NCBI GenBank assembly: GCA_903822185.1
Contig: CAIJOA010000049.1
Location: 432 to 64,431 of the forward strand
Direction of reading: 5' to 3'
Length of the DNA stretch: 64,000 nucleotides
From: an uncultured Rhodospirillales bacterium
GTDB lineage: Bacteria; Pseudomonadota; Alphaproteobacteria; ATCC43930; CGMCC-115725
The position numbers were made by a program, and so were the translations under genes. The notes beneath the pieces were generated by a model. It ran no database searches and was not told where the DNA came from. It worked only from the letters and a program-made list of their open reading frames with translations. This document shows, in pieces, positions 1 through 8,259 of this stretch. How positions within the stretch are numbered: position 1 is the first letter of the stretch; every line of letters begins with the position of its first letter.

Positions 1-751
1 TCGCGCCGCTGTCGAGCTTCGAGAGATCTTCGAAGGTGAACATGATGCCTTTGATACGCTCGGCGCTGTCGCGGTTACGCTCTTCGAGGGCGGCGATGAA
101 GCGTGATTCCGTGCTGCGGTCGAGGCTGTTGAAGATTTCGGCGATCAGTTCGTGCGCATCGCGGCGATTGGTGCGGGCGAGGGAGGTGAAGAACTCGTTG
201 CGGAGCGTGCGCTCCACGTCGTCGAGGACTTCCTTTTGCACCGATTCCATACGCAGCATGCGCATGATGACTTCCATCGCGAAGCTTTCGGGAAGCTGCG
301 TCAGTACGCGGCCGGCATGTTCCGATTTGATCTTCGAGAGAACGACGGCGACGGTCTGCGGATATTCGTTCTTCAGATAGTTGGCGAGAACGGACTCGTT
401 CACGTTGCCGAGCTTGTCCCACATCGTGCGGCCGGCGGGGCCGCGGATTTCTTCCATGATCGCGCTGACGCGCTCACCGCCGAGGACCTTGGCGAGGAGG
501 CGTTCGGTGCTTTCGTGCGTGCCGACCAGCGAGCCGGTGGCCGAGATTTGATCGACGAAATCGACGAAGAGGCGTTCGACGATGCTGGAGGCAACGGTGC
601 CGAGATTGGCCATCGTCGTCGAGATTTCCTTGATCTCTTTGTCGTCCATCAGGGCGAAGAGGCGAGCCGAATGTTCTTCGCCCAAGGACAGCATCAGAAT
701 GGAGGCCTTCTCGGCGCCACTCAGGGTACGGAAATCGTCACGAACGCGCAT
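1..751 (-). CDS. fliG: Flagellar motor switch protein FliG, N-terminal ~250 aa (3' end lies beyond window start)
   Basis: Absent from the ORF track because it is open at the window edge. My minus-strand translation from ATG 751-749 reads [44 protein letters not shown]...[14 protein letters not shown]...[13 protein letters not shown], a FliG signature. It lies 18 nt downstream of the fliF stop. Confidence 0.9.
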   Translation of the reverse strand, partial: MRVRDDFRTLSGAEKASILMLSLGEEHSARLFALMDDKEIKEISTTMANLGTVASSIVERLFVDFVDQISATGSLVGTHESTERLLAKVLGGERVSAIMEEIRGPAGRTMWDKLGNVNESVLANYLKNEYPQTVAVVLSKIKSEHAGRVLTQLPESFAMEVIMRMLRMESVQKEVLDDVERTLRNEFFTSLARTNRRDAHELIAEIFNSLDRSTESRFIAALEERNRDSAERIKGIMFTFEDLSKLDSGA

Positions 752-769
752 TACCTTCGATCTTTCCGA

Positions 770-2422
770 TTAATTGTCTTGGTACATCCAGCTCCGGACG
801 ATGGCGACGGCCTCATCCGGGTGCTTTTCGACGATCTCACCGATCTTCTTCATGCTCGAAGCGGCGACACGGCCATCGACCTGTCCGACATCGAGCATTT
901 CGTTATTGCCTGCCGCGGCGGCTCGCTGCATGGCGTCGCCGCCGCCCGCCGGACCGGCCAGCGCGGCGTGACCGTGACCACCGCCGGCCATCGCGCCGGC
1001 CAGCATCGGCTGACCGCTGGACAGGGCGTTGGCGCTGTCGATGAAGCGAACAACCATCGGCTTCACGACGAGGAGGAGAATGATGAGACCGATCAGGGCG
1101 ACGCCGATGGTCGAGCCCAGGTGCATCAGGTCGCCTTTTTCAAAGCCCATGAGGTTCCAGACCGGGGGCAGGGCCGCGGGTTCATCGACGCCGGCGAAGG
1201 GCATGTTGACGACCTCGACACTGTCGCCGCGCTTCTCGTCGAAGCCGATCGCCGAACGGACGAGGGCAGTCACTTGCTTCAATTCGTCGGCCGAGCGGGG
1301 CTGATAGCTCTTCTTGCCGTCGGCGCCCGTGGTGGTGACGCCATCGACGAGCACGGCGACCGAGAGGCGTTGGACATTGCCCTGCTCGCGAACCTGGCTC
1401 GTGATCTTCTTGCTGATCTCGTAATTGACGGTTTCTTCGTTGCGGGCGCTTTTGTTTTGCTTGCCCGCCGAATTCGCCGTCTGACCGCCGGGGAGGTTGG
1501 TCGAAACCGAAACCGCGTCGCCACCGCTGCTGGTGCCGCTATCGTCGGATTGGCTGGTGCTCTGGGTCGAACGCACGACCTGGCCATCCGGGTCATAGCT
1601 TTCCGAATTGGTGGTGATGTGGTCGAAATTCATTTCGGCATGGACATCGACGCGAGCCTTGCCGAGACCGACCGACCGTTCGAGGAGGTCGGTGACGTTG
1701 CGCGACATGCGGTTTTCGTAATTGACGCGCATCTCTTCGGTGTTGGTGCTGGAAGGGGCACCGGCTGCGTCGCCATCGCCGCGGGCGAGGAGGTTGCCGT
1801 CGGCGTCGATCACCGAAACGCGCGACGAGGCCAAGCCGGCGACTGAGGAGGCGACGAGATGCTGGATCGCGGCGACCTGGCCGCGGGAAAGCTTTTCGGC
1901 CGTGCGCATTTTGACGACGACCGAGGCGGTGGCTTCCTGGCGCTCGCGCGAGAACATCGCGCGCTGCGGCAGGACCAGGTGGACGCGGGCGGTGCTGACC
2001 AGGTTGATCGAGCCGATGGTGCGGGACAGTTCACCTTCGAGAGCCCGGAGCTGATTGACGTTTTCGACGAACTGCGACGGGCCGAAATTGTCGTTCTTGT
2101 CGAAAATCTCGTAACCGACAGAACCGCCATGGGGCATGCCGGCTTCGGCGAGCTGCATCCGCAGCTTAACGACCTGGTCGCCGGGGACGAGGATTTGGGC
2201 GCCTTGGGCGCGCAATTGATAGGGAATGCTTTGGGCTTCGAGCTTCTGGACGATCTGTTGGCTGTCTTTGAGGTCCAGGTCGCTGAACAGCAGGCCCATG
2301 TCCGGCGTGTTCACTTTGTTCGCCATGAAGACGAAAAAGGCCACCGTACCGCCCAAAATCATGGCGGTTGTGGCAAGCCGTACCGGGCCGAAGTTCCGAA
2401 TAATCTGCAGGAGTCCGTTCAC
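770..2422 (-). CDS. fliF: Flagellar MS-ring protein FliF
   Basis: 550-aa ORF with an N-terminal TM segment, LEAQSIPYQL / QLAEAGMPHGG / ARVHLVLP motifs and a second TM near the C-terminus. Immediately followed by fliG. Confidence 0.95.
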   Translation of the reverse strand: MNGLLQIIRNFGPVRLATTAMILGGTVAFFVFMANKVNTPDMGLLFSDLDLKDSQQIVQKLEAQSIPYQLRAQGAQILVPGDQVVKLRMQLAEAGMPHGGSVGYEIFDKNDNFGPSQFVENVNQLRALEGELSRTIGSINLVSTARVHLVLPQRAMFSRERQEATASVVVKMRTAEKLSRGQVAAIQHLVASSVAGLASSRVSVIDADGNLLARGDGDAAGAPSSTNTEEMRVNYENRMSRNVTDLLERSVGLGKARVDVHAEMNFDHITTNSESYDPDGQVVRSTQSTSQSDDSGTSSGGDAVSVSTNLPGGQTANSAGKQNKSARNEETVNYEISKKITSQVREQGNVQRLSVAVLVDGVTTTGADGKKSYQPRSADELKQVTALVRSAIGFDEKRGDSVEVVNMPFAGVDEPAALPPVWNLMGFEKGDLMHLGSTIGVALIGLIILLLVVKPMVVRFIDSANALSSGQPMLAGAMAGGGHGHAALAGPAGGGDAMQRAAAAGNNEMLDVGQVDGRVAASSMKKIGEIVEKHPDEAVAIVRSWMYQDN

Positions 2423-2486
2423 GGTCGCGAATCCTTGGCTGGCGATCCAGGCGATTTGCCCAGGGCCGACACTAGGAGCGGGACGG

Positions 2487-2541
2487 TGAACAGGAAGTTA
2501 AGGAGGCGGCAGAATTTGCCGACCAGGCGGCATTTCTTGCC
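2487..2541 (-). promoter_or_regulatory. fliF control region: near-consensus CtrA box plus two GGCA-N5-TGCC palindromes
   Basis: Minus strand reads TTAA-cttcctg-TTCAC (2501-2487). GGCAGAATTTGCC (2508-2520) and GGCATTTCTTGCC (2529-2541) have centres 21 bp apart. The region lies 65-119 nt upstream of the fliF ATG. Confidence 0.45.
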
Positions 2542-2569
2542 GCTCTATTATTTTTTTAGGGGTATCGAC

Positions 2570-2947
2570 TCAACGTTCGCGGTCGATGGCGCGATAGTCT
2601 TGCAACCGGGTGACGCGAAGCCCAGGCAAACCGTGGCTATCCACCAGACGCTGCCAGGAGAGGAATTCCTCAATCGACAGGGTGTAGCGTTGGCAAGCCT
2701 CCTCGAGGCTGAGGACGCCGGCGCGTACTGCGGCGACGACTTCGGCCTTTCGGCGGATCACCCATCGCCGCGTCGAGGGCGGCGGTAGGCTGTCGAGCGA
2801 TACGCCCGCGCCAATGTCAACGAGCCACTCAGCGCTTTCCTTGTCGCTGGGAACGGATTGAGCGGCGGTGCTCAGTGATGTGTTCGCTTTGGTCTGCATA
2901 GCGAGGGACTGTACCCGCACCCCTTTTAAAAAAGCCCTAAAAGACAT
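2570..2947 (-). CDS. DUF1153 / SciP-like small HTH regulator (likelier true start ATG at 2899)
   Basis: The core LPPPSTRRWVIRRKAEVVAAVRAGVLSLEEACQRYTLSIEEFLSWQ matches my memory of the DUF1153 family, to which the Caulobacter CtrA inhibitor SciP belongs. The ATG at 2947 is embedded in a TTAACCATG motif, so Met17 (2899) is the more plausible start. Confidence 0.7.
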   Translation of the reverse strand: MSFRAFLKGVRVQSLAMQTKANTSLSTAAQSVPSDKESAEWLVDIGAGVSLDSLPPPSTRRWVIRRKAEVVAAVRAGVLSLEEACQRYTLSIEEFLSWQRLVDSHGLPGLRVTRLQDYRAIDRER

Positions 2948-2953
2948 GGTTAA
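2946..2953 (-). promoter_or_regulatory. TTAACCAT CtrA-type 8-mer upstream of the sciP-like gene
   Basis: Plus strand atggttaa at 2946-2953 is minus-strand TTAACCAT. It is one of four exact copies in the window, all in flagellar or cell-cycle intergenic DNA. Confidence 0.45.
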
Positions 2954-3040
2954 CGCTTTGAAAAATTTAGCTAAAAGTCCAGGTATTCCTTGGAGAAAAA
3001 GAACACTTGGACTCCCGGCTAAAAGCGTTAATTCACGCGC

Positions 3041-4636
3041 TTATTGCTTCGCCTGGATCAGCGATTGAAGCATCTGATCGGCGGTGGTCATGATCTTCGA
3101 ATTCGCCTCATACGCACGCTGGGTGATGATGAGGTTCGAAAATTCGGTGGCGATATCGACCGTCGAGTTTTCCAGCGAGGAGGGCGAGATCGTGCCCGCC
3201 GAGCCGGTGCCGGCCTGTTTAAGCAAGGCGCTGCCCGACGCGTTGGTCGCCGTATAGACGTTGCCGGTCTGGTTCAGCAGGGCGTTGGGATCGGAGAAGG
3301 TCGCGATCGGCAGGATGAAAATCGCCCGATGCAGGCCGTTATCGTAATTGGCGCTGACAATGCCGTTCGGATCGATCGACACACCCGAGAAATTGCCGAA
3401 CTGGACGCCGTCCTGGGTGACTTTGCCGACGCTGAAGTTGGTGCCGATCTGGCTGAGGCCGGTCGCGGTACCGTTCGTCCCCAGGTTGAACGATAGGGTC
3501 TGAGGCGAATTACCGGTTGAAACCGCCGGATCCCAGGCCACGGTCACGTCGTTGGCCGTGTTGAAGGTCGTCCCCGCCGAATTCAACGTGCCGTCGGTGT
3601 TGAACTGGATGATGTTGTCGCCGGCTGCGATGGTCGCGGTCGAAGTGCCGGCGTTCGCAAAGCTGGTCGAGGCGATCCAGCGGTTGGCCGGGGTGCCGTT
3701 GGTGACCGCGCCACCGGCAAAGGTCTCGGCGCCGGTCGTGGCGGTGATCGAGCTGCCGGTGATCGGCTGACCCGAGCTGTCCGTGACGCGGATTTTACCG
3801 GCAACGACACTCGCCGAGTAGGGCACACCCGCTGTCGTGAACGAGGTGTTCATGGCGTTGGCGATATCGGTGGTGGTCGGCGCGCCGGCGGTGAGGGCGG
3901 CCGTTGTATAGGTATGGCCGTCGATGCCGACGCTGAAAATGTCGCCGGTCGCGATCGCGCCGCTTTCCGTGAAGTCCTGATGCGAGGGCGTGACTGCTGA
4001 TGGCGTCAGGGTGACGGTCAAGTCGTGCGATACACCGAGCGAGTCATAAACCGGAACGGTCATGGTCTGCGCGGTCGCCGTGCTGCCGGCCGGAAGATTG
4101 GCGATCAGCGAGACGTTTGCGGTGGCGCTGGCCGTGCCGGCGTTCGCGGCCACGTTCACCGTTTGAAGCGAACCGAGCGAGGTTGCCGTCAGCTGATTGT
4201 AGTTGCCGGCGGCGATCGCCTGCGATTGCGCATTCGAAAGCGGCTGGCCTTGCAGATAAAAGCCGGCGGCGTTGATCAGGTTGCCGTTCGCATCGACGCT
4301 GAAATTGCCGGCGCGGGTGAAGGACGTGCCGCCGCTTGAGGCCGAGCTTGAATTCACGACGAAGAAGCCGCCACCGGAGATCGCGAGATCGGTCGGCGAA
4401 GACTGCGCCTGCAAGACGCCTTGCTGCGCGACGTTATAGAAAGGCGAAGAAAGAACGCCGCCCGGCGAATAGAGATCGGGCCCGCCGCTCTGCGTGACCA
4501 GCGTCTCGAAGTTGCTGCTCGTCTCTTTATAGCCGACAGTGTTGGCATTCGAGATGTTGTCGGAAATGATGCCGAGAGCATTGCTGTTCGCGGAAAGGCC
4601 TGATACGGCGGCATAAAGTGCGCCAAAAATGGACAT
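3041..4636 (-). CDS. flgE: Flagellar hook protein FlgE
   Basis: 531 aa. The N-terminus MSIFGALYAAVSGLSANSNALGIISDNISNANTVGYK and C-terminus DIATEFSNLIITQRAYEANSKIMTTADQML are rod/hook family termini. It sits downstream of flgD. Confidence 0.95.
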   Translation of the reverse strand: MSIFGALYAAVSGLSANSNALGIISDNISNANTVGYKETSSNFETLVTQSGGPDLYSPGGVLSSPFYNVAQQGVLQAQSSPTDLAISGGGFFVVNSSSASSGGTSFTRAGNFSVDANGNLINAAGFYLQGQPLSNAQSQAIAAGNYNQLTATSLGSLQTVNVAANAGTASATANVSLIANLPAGSTATAQTMTVPVYDSLGVSHDLTVTLTPSAVTPSHQDFTESGAIATGDIFSVGIDGHTYTTAALTAGAPTTTDIANAMNTSFTTAGVPYSASVVAGKIRVTDSSGQPITGSSITATTGAETFAGGAVTNGTPANRWIASTSFANAGTSTATIAAGDNIIQFNTDGTLNSAGTTFNTANDVTVAWDPAVSTGNSPQTLSFNLGTNGTATGLSQIGTNFSVGKVTQDGVQFGNFSGVSIDPNGIVSANYDNGLHRAIFILPIATFSDPNALLNQTGNVYTATNASGSALLKQAGTGSAGTISPSSLENSTVDIATEFSNLIITQRAYEANSKIMTTADQMLQSLIQAKQ

Positions 4637-4660
4637 GGGAAATCTCCTGCAGTCGGTGCG

Positions 4661-5344
4661 TTAGTTGGTTGTCGGGTTGATGGTCACGAGATCGCTCATC
4701 GGAACGGTCATGCCATTGATCGTGAAGCTGGCTGTCCCATTCACGACGCCAACGCCCGCGACCGTTCCGATCGACGCGACATTGGCCGTGATGGCCGTGC
4801 TGTTGGCGGCCGCTGCCACAACGGACAGGGTGTAGTTGCCGCCATCGGGAAGCTGGACACCGGCTGAATTCTTGCCGTCCCAGGAGAAGACATGCGTGCC
4901 GGCGTCGGTATCGGCCTTTTCTGAATAGACCGCTTTGCCGTTGGCATCCTTGATCGTCAGGGTCGCCGCCGACGCATCGGTCGGAAGCGTGTAGATATAA
5001 GTGGCTTGGCCGTTGGCGAGCGGCGCCGTCGGTTCGTTGTATTCGATCGACTGTCCGACCAGCGGCAGGGAATCGATCGTCTGGCTCGCGCTTTGAAGCG
5101 AAATGAGCTGGGTCAGATTCTTGTTGGTGTTGATCTGCTGTTCGACACCGCTGAACGATACCAACTGCTGCGTGAACTGGTTGGTATCCAGCGGCGACAA
5201 TGGATCTTGGTTCTGAAGCTGTGTCGTCAACAGCGTCAGGAAGGTGTTGAAGTCCTGGTTGAGACCGTTGGTCGTGCTGGTGCTCGTCGCGGACGTACTG
5301 CTCGTCGAGGCAGCGGTTGCGGCAGAGGTGATCGGGGTTGTCAT
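4661..5344 (-). CDS. flgD: Flagellar hook capping/assembly protein FlgD
   Basis: LNQDFNTFLTLLTTQLQNQDPLSPLD...FTQQLVSFSGVEQ is the FlgD N-domain motif, followed by a C-terminal beta-rich domain. Confidence 0.93.
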   Translation of the reverse strand: MTTPITSAATAASTSSTSATSTSTTNGLNQDFNTFLTLLTTQLQNQDPLSPLDTNQFTQQLVSFSGVEQQINTNKNLTQLISLQSASQTIDSLPLVGQSIEYNEPTAPLANGQATYIYTLPTDASAATLTIKDANGKAVYSEKADTDAGTHVFSWDGKNSAGVQLPDGGNYTLSVVAAAANSTAITANVASIGTVAGVGVVNGTASFTINGMTVPMSDLVTINPTTN

Positions 5345-5367
5345 CTGACGTTCCTTATCTTCGGTCT

Positions 5368-6777
5368 TTAGACTTCAATATTGAGGGTGCCCGAATGGGC
5401 GCGTGATGTCGGTGCCGCCGCGGTTAGCGAAGAATCGTCGGCGCCGGTCTGGTAGCCGCCGCGTTGACCGTTCTGGCCGTTACCGCCGGAAGAATTCTGG
5501 GCAAAAGACTGCGCATCGCCGCGCAGGTTGAAGCTGAGGCTGCTGCTGTCGGCGTTGATGCCGGCATCTCGCAGCGCCTGTTGCAGATTGCCTTGATCCT
5601 GCTTCAGCATGTTCAGCGTGTCCGAACGATCGGCCGAGATGACAGCCGTGATGCGGCCGTCGTGACCGAAATTCAGTTTGACGTTGATGGCGCCGAGAGC
5701 GGCCGGCTTGAGCTCGAGATGAATTTCATTGTCGTTATTGGCGACCGCTTGTTTGACGCTGGCCGCGATCTGCTCGCCGACGGGGACATAAGGCGCCGTC
5801 GTATGAACGACCGCGTTCGCCTGGACCGGCGCGGATTGAGCCTGGGTCGGTTGGGCCGACAATAAAGATGTCTGGGCGTTGTTCGAGGAATCGCCGTCGC
5901 TGTCCTTATCGCTCTTTTGTTGGTCGGCGGCATTATCCGCATTGCCGCCGGCAAAGCTGCCGGCCACGGCGGTCGTTTCCTGATGATTGGCCGAGGCCTG
6001 CAAATCCAAAGGCTGGGCGAGGGTCGAGGCGGGGGCGGGCGGTTGCGCCGGCGATGCCGTCGGCGCTTTGCCGGGTTCGCTGCCGGCCAAACCGGGTACC
6101 TCGGGCGTTGCGGGACCAAACTGCGTGTGCGGGTCTTGCGCTTCTAGCAGATGCGCTGGAACTGCCGACATTGCCGCGTTGGCTTGGGCGGTGAAGACCG
6201 GTGCGCCGGCGGCGATGCGGGCGTTCAGCGCATCGGCGCCGAGGATCGTCGTATTCGCGTTGGGCGTCGCTGAAGGGTTCGTGCCATTTGCGGCGCTTGC
6301 GGCGGCATTGGCCGCTGCATCGGCGCTGCCTGTTGCCAGGGCCGTTGCATCGTTTGCCGCTGTTGCGACGCCCGTGGCGGCTTTGCCGAGGAGTGCTTGC
6401 GCGGCGGTGAGGGTGGCGTCGGTCGCGGCAAGGGCCGGCAGAACCGGATTATCTTTCGTCAGCGCGTTGAGGCCATTGGCCACCGCGCCTACCTTCAGAA
6501 CCGGCACAGGCGTGGTTTGCACCGCCTGTATATAAGGAGTGACGTTCGCATCACTCTTCTTATCGCGCTTGTGCACATCGTTGCCGGCTGCCGAAACCGC
6601 GCTGCGGATGGCATTGCCTTTGTCTTGCGACAAATCGGTCAAGGCCGAACCGGCGGACGACAATAAATCGACAAACCCATTTGTCGCAGCTGCGGCTTGC
6701 TGACCGGCCTGCTGCAATTGCTGGGTGGCTTGCGCCTTCGCCGACTTGGGGACGTTGAGAACTTGCTGTGTGATCAT
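5368..6777 (-). CDS. fliK: Flagellar hook-length control protein FliK (longest ORF extends to 6825)
   Basis: Ala/Gln/Pro-rich low-complexity N-region. The conserved C-terminal domain reads IHLELKPAALGAINVKLNFGHDGRITAVISADRSDTLNMLKQDQGNLQQALRDAGI. The 16-codon N-extension of the long ORF contains a consensus sigma54 promoter, so I place the start at ATG 6777 (MITQQV). Confidence 0.85.
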   Translation of the reverse strand: MITQQVLNVPKSAKAQATQQLQQAGQQAAAATNGFVDLLSSAGSALTDLSQDKGNAIRSAVSAAGNDVHKRDKKSDANVTPYIQAVQTTPVPVLKVGAVANGLNALTKDNPVLPALAATDATLTAAQALLGKAATGVATAANDATALATGSADAAANAAASAANGTNPSATPNANTTILGADALNARIAAGAPVFTAQANAAMSAVPAHLLEAQDPHTQFGPATPEVPGLAGSEPGKAPTASPAQPPAPASTLAQPLDLQASANHQETTAVAGSFAGGNADNAADQQKSDKDSDGDSSNNAQTSLLSAQPTQAQSAPVQANAVVHTTAPYVPVGEQIAASVKQAVANNDNEIHLELKPAALGAINVKLNFGHDGRITAVISADRSDTLNMLKQDQGNLQQALRDAGINADSSSLSFNLRGDAQSFAQNSSGGNGQNGQRGGYQTGADDSSLTAAAPTSRAHSGTLNIEV

Positions 6778-6809
6778 GATGCGACCGAATTGTTCATGGC
6801 CTCGTAAGA

Positions 6810-6824
6810 GCAAGCCACGTGCCA
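6810..6824 (-). promoter_or_regulatory. sigma54 (-24/-12) promoter of the fliK-flgD-flgE operon
   Basis: Minus strand reads TGGCACGTGGCTTGC, a perfect match to TGGCACG-N4-TTGC. The -12 C lies 33 nt upstream of ATG 6777. Confidence 0.8.
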
Positions 6825-6899
6825 CGCGGTGCGCGAACGATAAGTCTTTGAAACATCACGATTTCGCTTTGTGCGCCGGTCGTCGTGAGGGTGTTCGGC

Positions 6900-7024
6900 G
6901 GCAAACCGTGCCGAGCGCGTCCAGGCAATCTTTGCCGTTTGATCGACGTCAGATCGACGTCGAAGGGCTTCTAGCACTCGGCAAAAAATGCCGGACCGGC
7001 AAAAATGACCGGGCAGAATTTGCC
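6900..7024. promoter_or_regulatory. Cluster of five GGCA-N5-TGCC palindromes (candidate enhancer / ftr-like sites)
   Basis: GGCAAACCGTGCC 6900-6912, GGCAATCTTTGCC 6924-6936, GGCAAAAAATGCC 6980-6992, GGCAAAAATGACC 6998-7010 (imperfect) and GGCAGAATTTGCC 7012-7024. They lie 75-200 bp upstream of the sigma54 promoter, between divergent fliK and flagellin. Confidence 0.55.
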
Positions 7025-7144
7025 GTCGGGGTCAAAACGCATAATCGAAGAAGTCCGTAATTTATCGCGCATTTTAAGAAAGTTTCAGTTGATTTGACGG
7101 ATAACCATTCCATCAAAGCGCAAACGATAATGTTTGCTCTGCTC

Positions 7145-7177
7145 GTCGCGAAGCGACACGTCATTCTTCTAGAAGGA
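7145..7177 (+). promoter_or_regulatory. Conserved flagellin 5' UTR element (stem-loop GTCGC-GAA-GCGAC plus CTAGAAGGA Shine-Dalgarno region), copy 1
   Basis: The sequence is nearly identical to 8220-8252 upstream of the second flagellin, while the DNA further upstream is unrelated. Confidence 0.5.
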
Positions 7178-7185
7178 ACGCTCTT

Positions 7186-8055
7186 ATGACTTCGTCGATC
7201 GTTTTAGGTACCGCAACGAACTCGAACTTGTTGGCGTTGCAAAACATCAACTCGCAGTTGGGGACCACCCAAGGCCATCTATCGACCGGTCTCGCCGTTG
7301 CCTCCGCGACGGACGATGCCGTGAAATACTTTCAGGCACAGTCGCTGACCGGCCGTGCCGACGATCTTTCAACCCGTAAGGACGCCATCGCCCAGGGCAT
7401 CCAGTCGCTGACCACCGCGACGAACGGTATCTCCAGCGTTGTCTCGGTGCTTCAGCAGTTGCAGGGCATCGTCAACGGCGCGGCGACGCAGACCGCCTCA
7501 CAGCGTTCCTCGTCGGCAACCCAGTTTAATACCCTGGGTCAGCAGCTCACGACGCTGTTGAATGATGCAAGTTATCAGGGACTTAACCTGGTCAACGGCA
7601 CCACGTCGAACCTGACGCTGCAATTCAGCATCACCTCGACCTCGACTTTGAAGATCCAGGCCCAAAACCTGTTGTTCTCCAAGCTCGTAACCGGCGGTAA
7701 GGCCCTCGGTAAGGGCTCCGTTGCGGCGACGACCTTGATCACCGTTAAATTCTCGAACGTCTCCAACAAGATTTCGAAATTTACGGCGATCTACAACGCT
7801 TTGCAGACCGCGGTTTTCAAGGCCCAATCGGCCGCGCAGACCTTGGGTACCAACGTCAACTTCCTGCAGACCCGCCTGTCGTTCACCTCTCAGTATATCA
7901 ACACGCTGAACGGTGGTGCTTCGGCTCTGACGGTTGCCGACGTCAACCAGGAATCGACCAACCTCGTGACGTTGCAGACACGTCAACAGTTGGCCATCCA
8001 ATCGTTGTCGATCGCGACCTCGTCCGAACAGTCGGTCTTGAAACTCTTCCACTAA
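7186..8055 (+). CDS. Flagellin (short alphaproteobacterial type), paralog 1
   Basis: 289 aa. The N-terminus NSNLLALQNINSQLGTTQGHLSTGLAVASATDDAVKYF and C-terminus ESTNLVTLQTRQQLAIQSLSIATSSEQSVLKLFH are flagellin D0/D1 termini around a Ser/Thr-rich centre. A rho-independent terminator follows. Confidence 0.93.
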   Translation: MTSSIVLGTATNSNLLALQNINSQLGTTQGHLSTGLAVASATDDAVKYFQAQSLTGRADDLSTRKDAIAQGIQSLTTATNGISSVVSVLQQLQGIVNGAATQTASQRSSSATQFNTLGQQLTTLLNDASYQGLNLVNGTTSNLTLQFSITSTSTLKIQAQNLLFSKLVTGGKALGKGSVAATTLITVKFSNVSNKISKFTAIYNALQTAVFKAQSAAQTLGTNVNFLQTRLSFTSQYINTLNGGASALTVADVNQESTNLVTLQTRQQLAIQSLSIATSSEQSVLKLFH

Positions 8056-8079
8056 ACGTTCTTTCCTTAGCGACAATGC

Positions 8080-8108
8080 AAACGGGCGGCCTTATGGGCC
8101 GCCCGTTT
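8080..8108 (+). terminator. Rho-independent terminator after flagellin 1
   Basis: aaacgggcggcc-ttat-gggccgcccgttt: GC-rich 12-bp stem followed by a T-rich tail. Confidence 0.8.
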
Positions 8109-8219
8109 CGCATTTGGTAAGGTTCTCTTAATACTTCAAACCTATTCGAAAGTATGAACGTGATTACCGGCTATTAATTAGCCCATACGGCATGATCCTT
8201 GAAATAGGGGGTATCAGAA

Positions 8220-8252
8220 GTCGCGAAGCGGCTTCGTCACTCTCTAGAAGGA
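8220..8252 (+). promoter_or_regulatory. Conserved flagellin 5' UTR element, copy 2
   Basis: GTCGCGAAGCGGC...CGTCACTCTCTAGAAGGA aligns with 7145-7177. Confidence 0.5.
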
Positions 8253-8259
8253 CCACCCC

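Noticed and set aside
152-1846. 564-aa plus-strand ORF spanning fliG and fliF
   Set aside because: It is antisense to two well-supported flagellar genes. The product is Arg/Gly/Ala/Asp-rich, as is typical of shadow ORFs in GC-rich DNA, and it has no recognisable motif.
5464-6666. Many overlapping ORFs on both strands within fliK
   Set aside because: These are a by-product of the GC-rich, Ala/Pro/Gln-rich low-complexity coding sequence of FliK.
7102-7130. sigma28-like -10 (AACGATAA) upstream of flagellin 1
   Set aside because: There is no TAAA -35 at the proper spacing, no equivalent upstream of flagellin 2, and no fliA in the window.
8169-8203. Possible sigma54 promoters upstream of flagellin 2 (CGGCTATTAATTAGCC and CGGCATGATCCTTGAA)
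   Set aside because: The first has GG-N10-GC but a poor match elsewhere and lies 78 nt from the ATG. The second lacks the invariant -12 GC (TTGA). Neither is conserved upstream of flagellin 1. The flagellin promoters remain unidentified.
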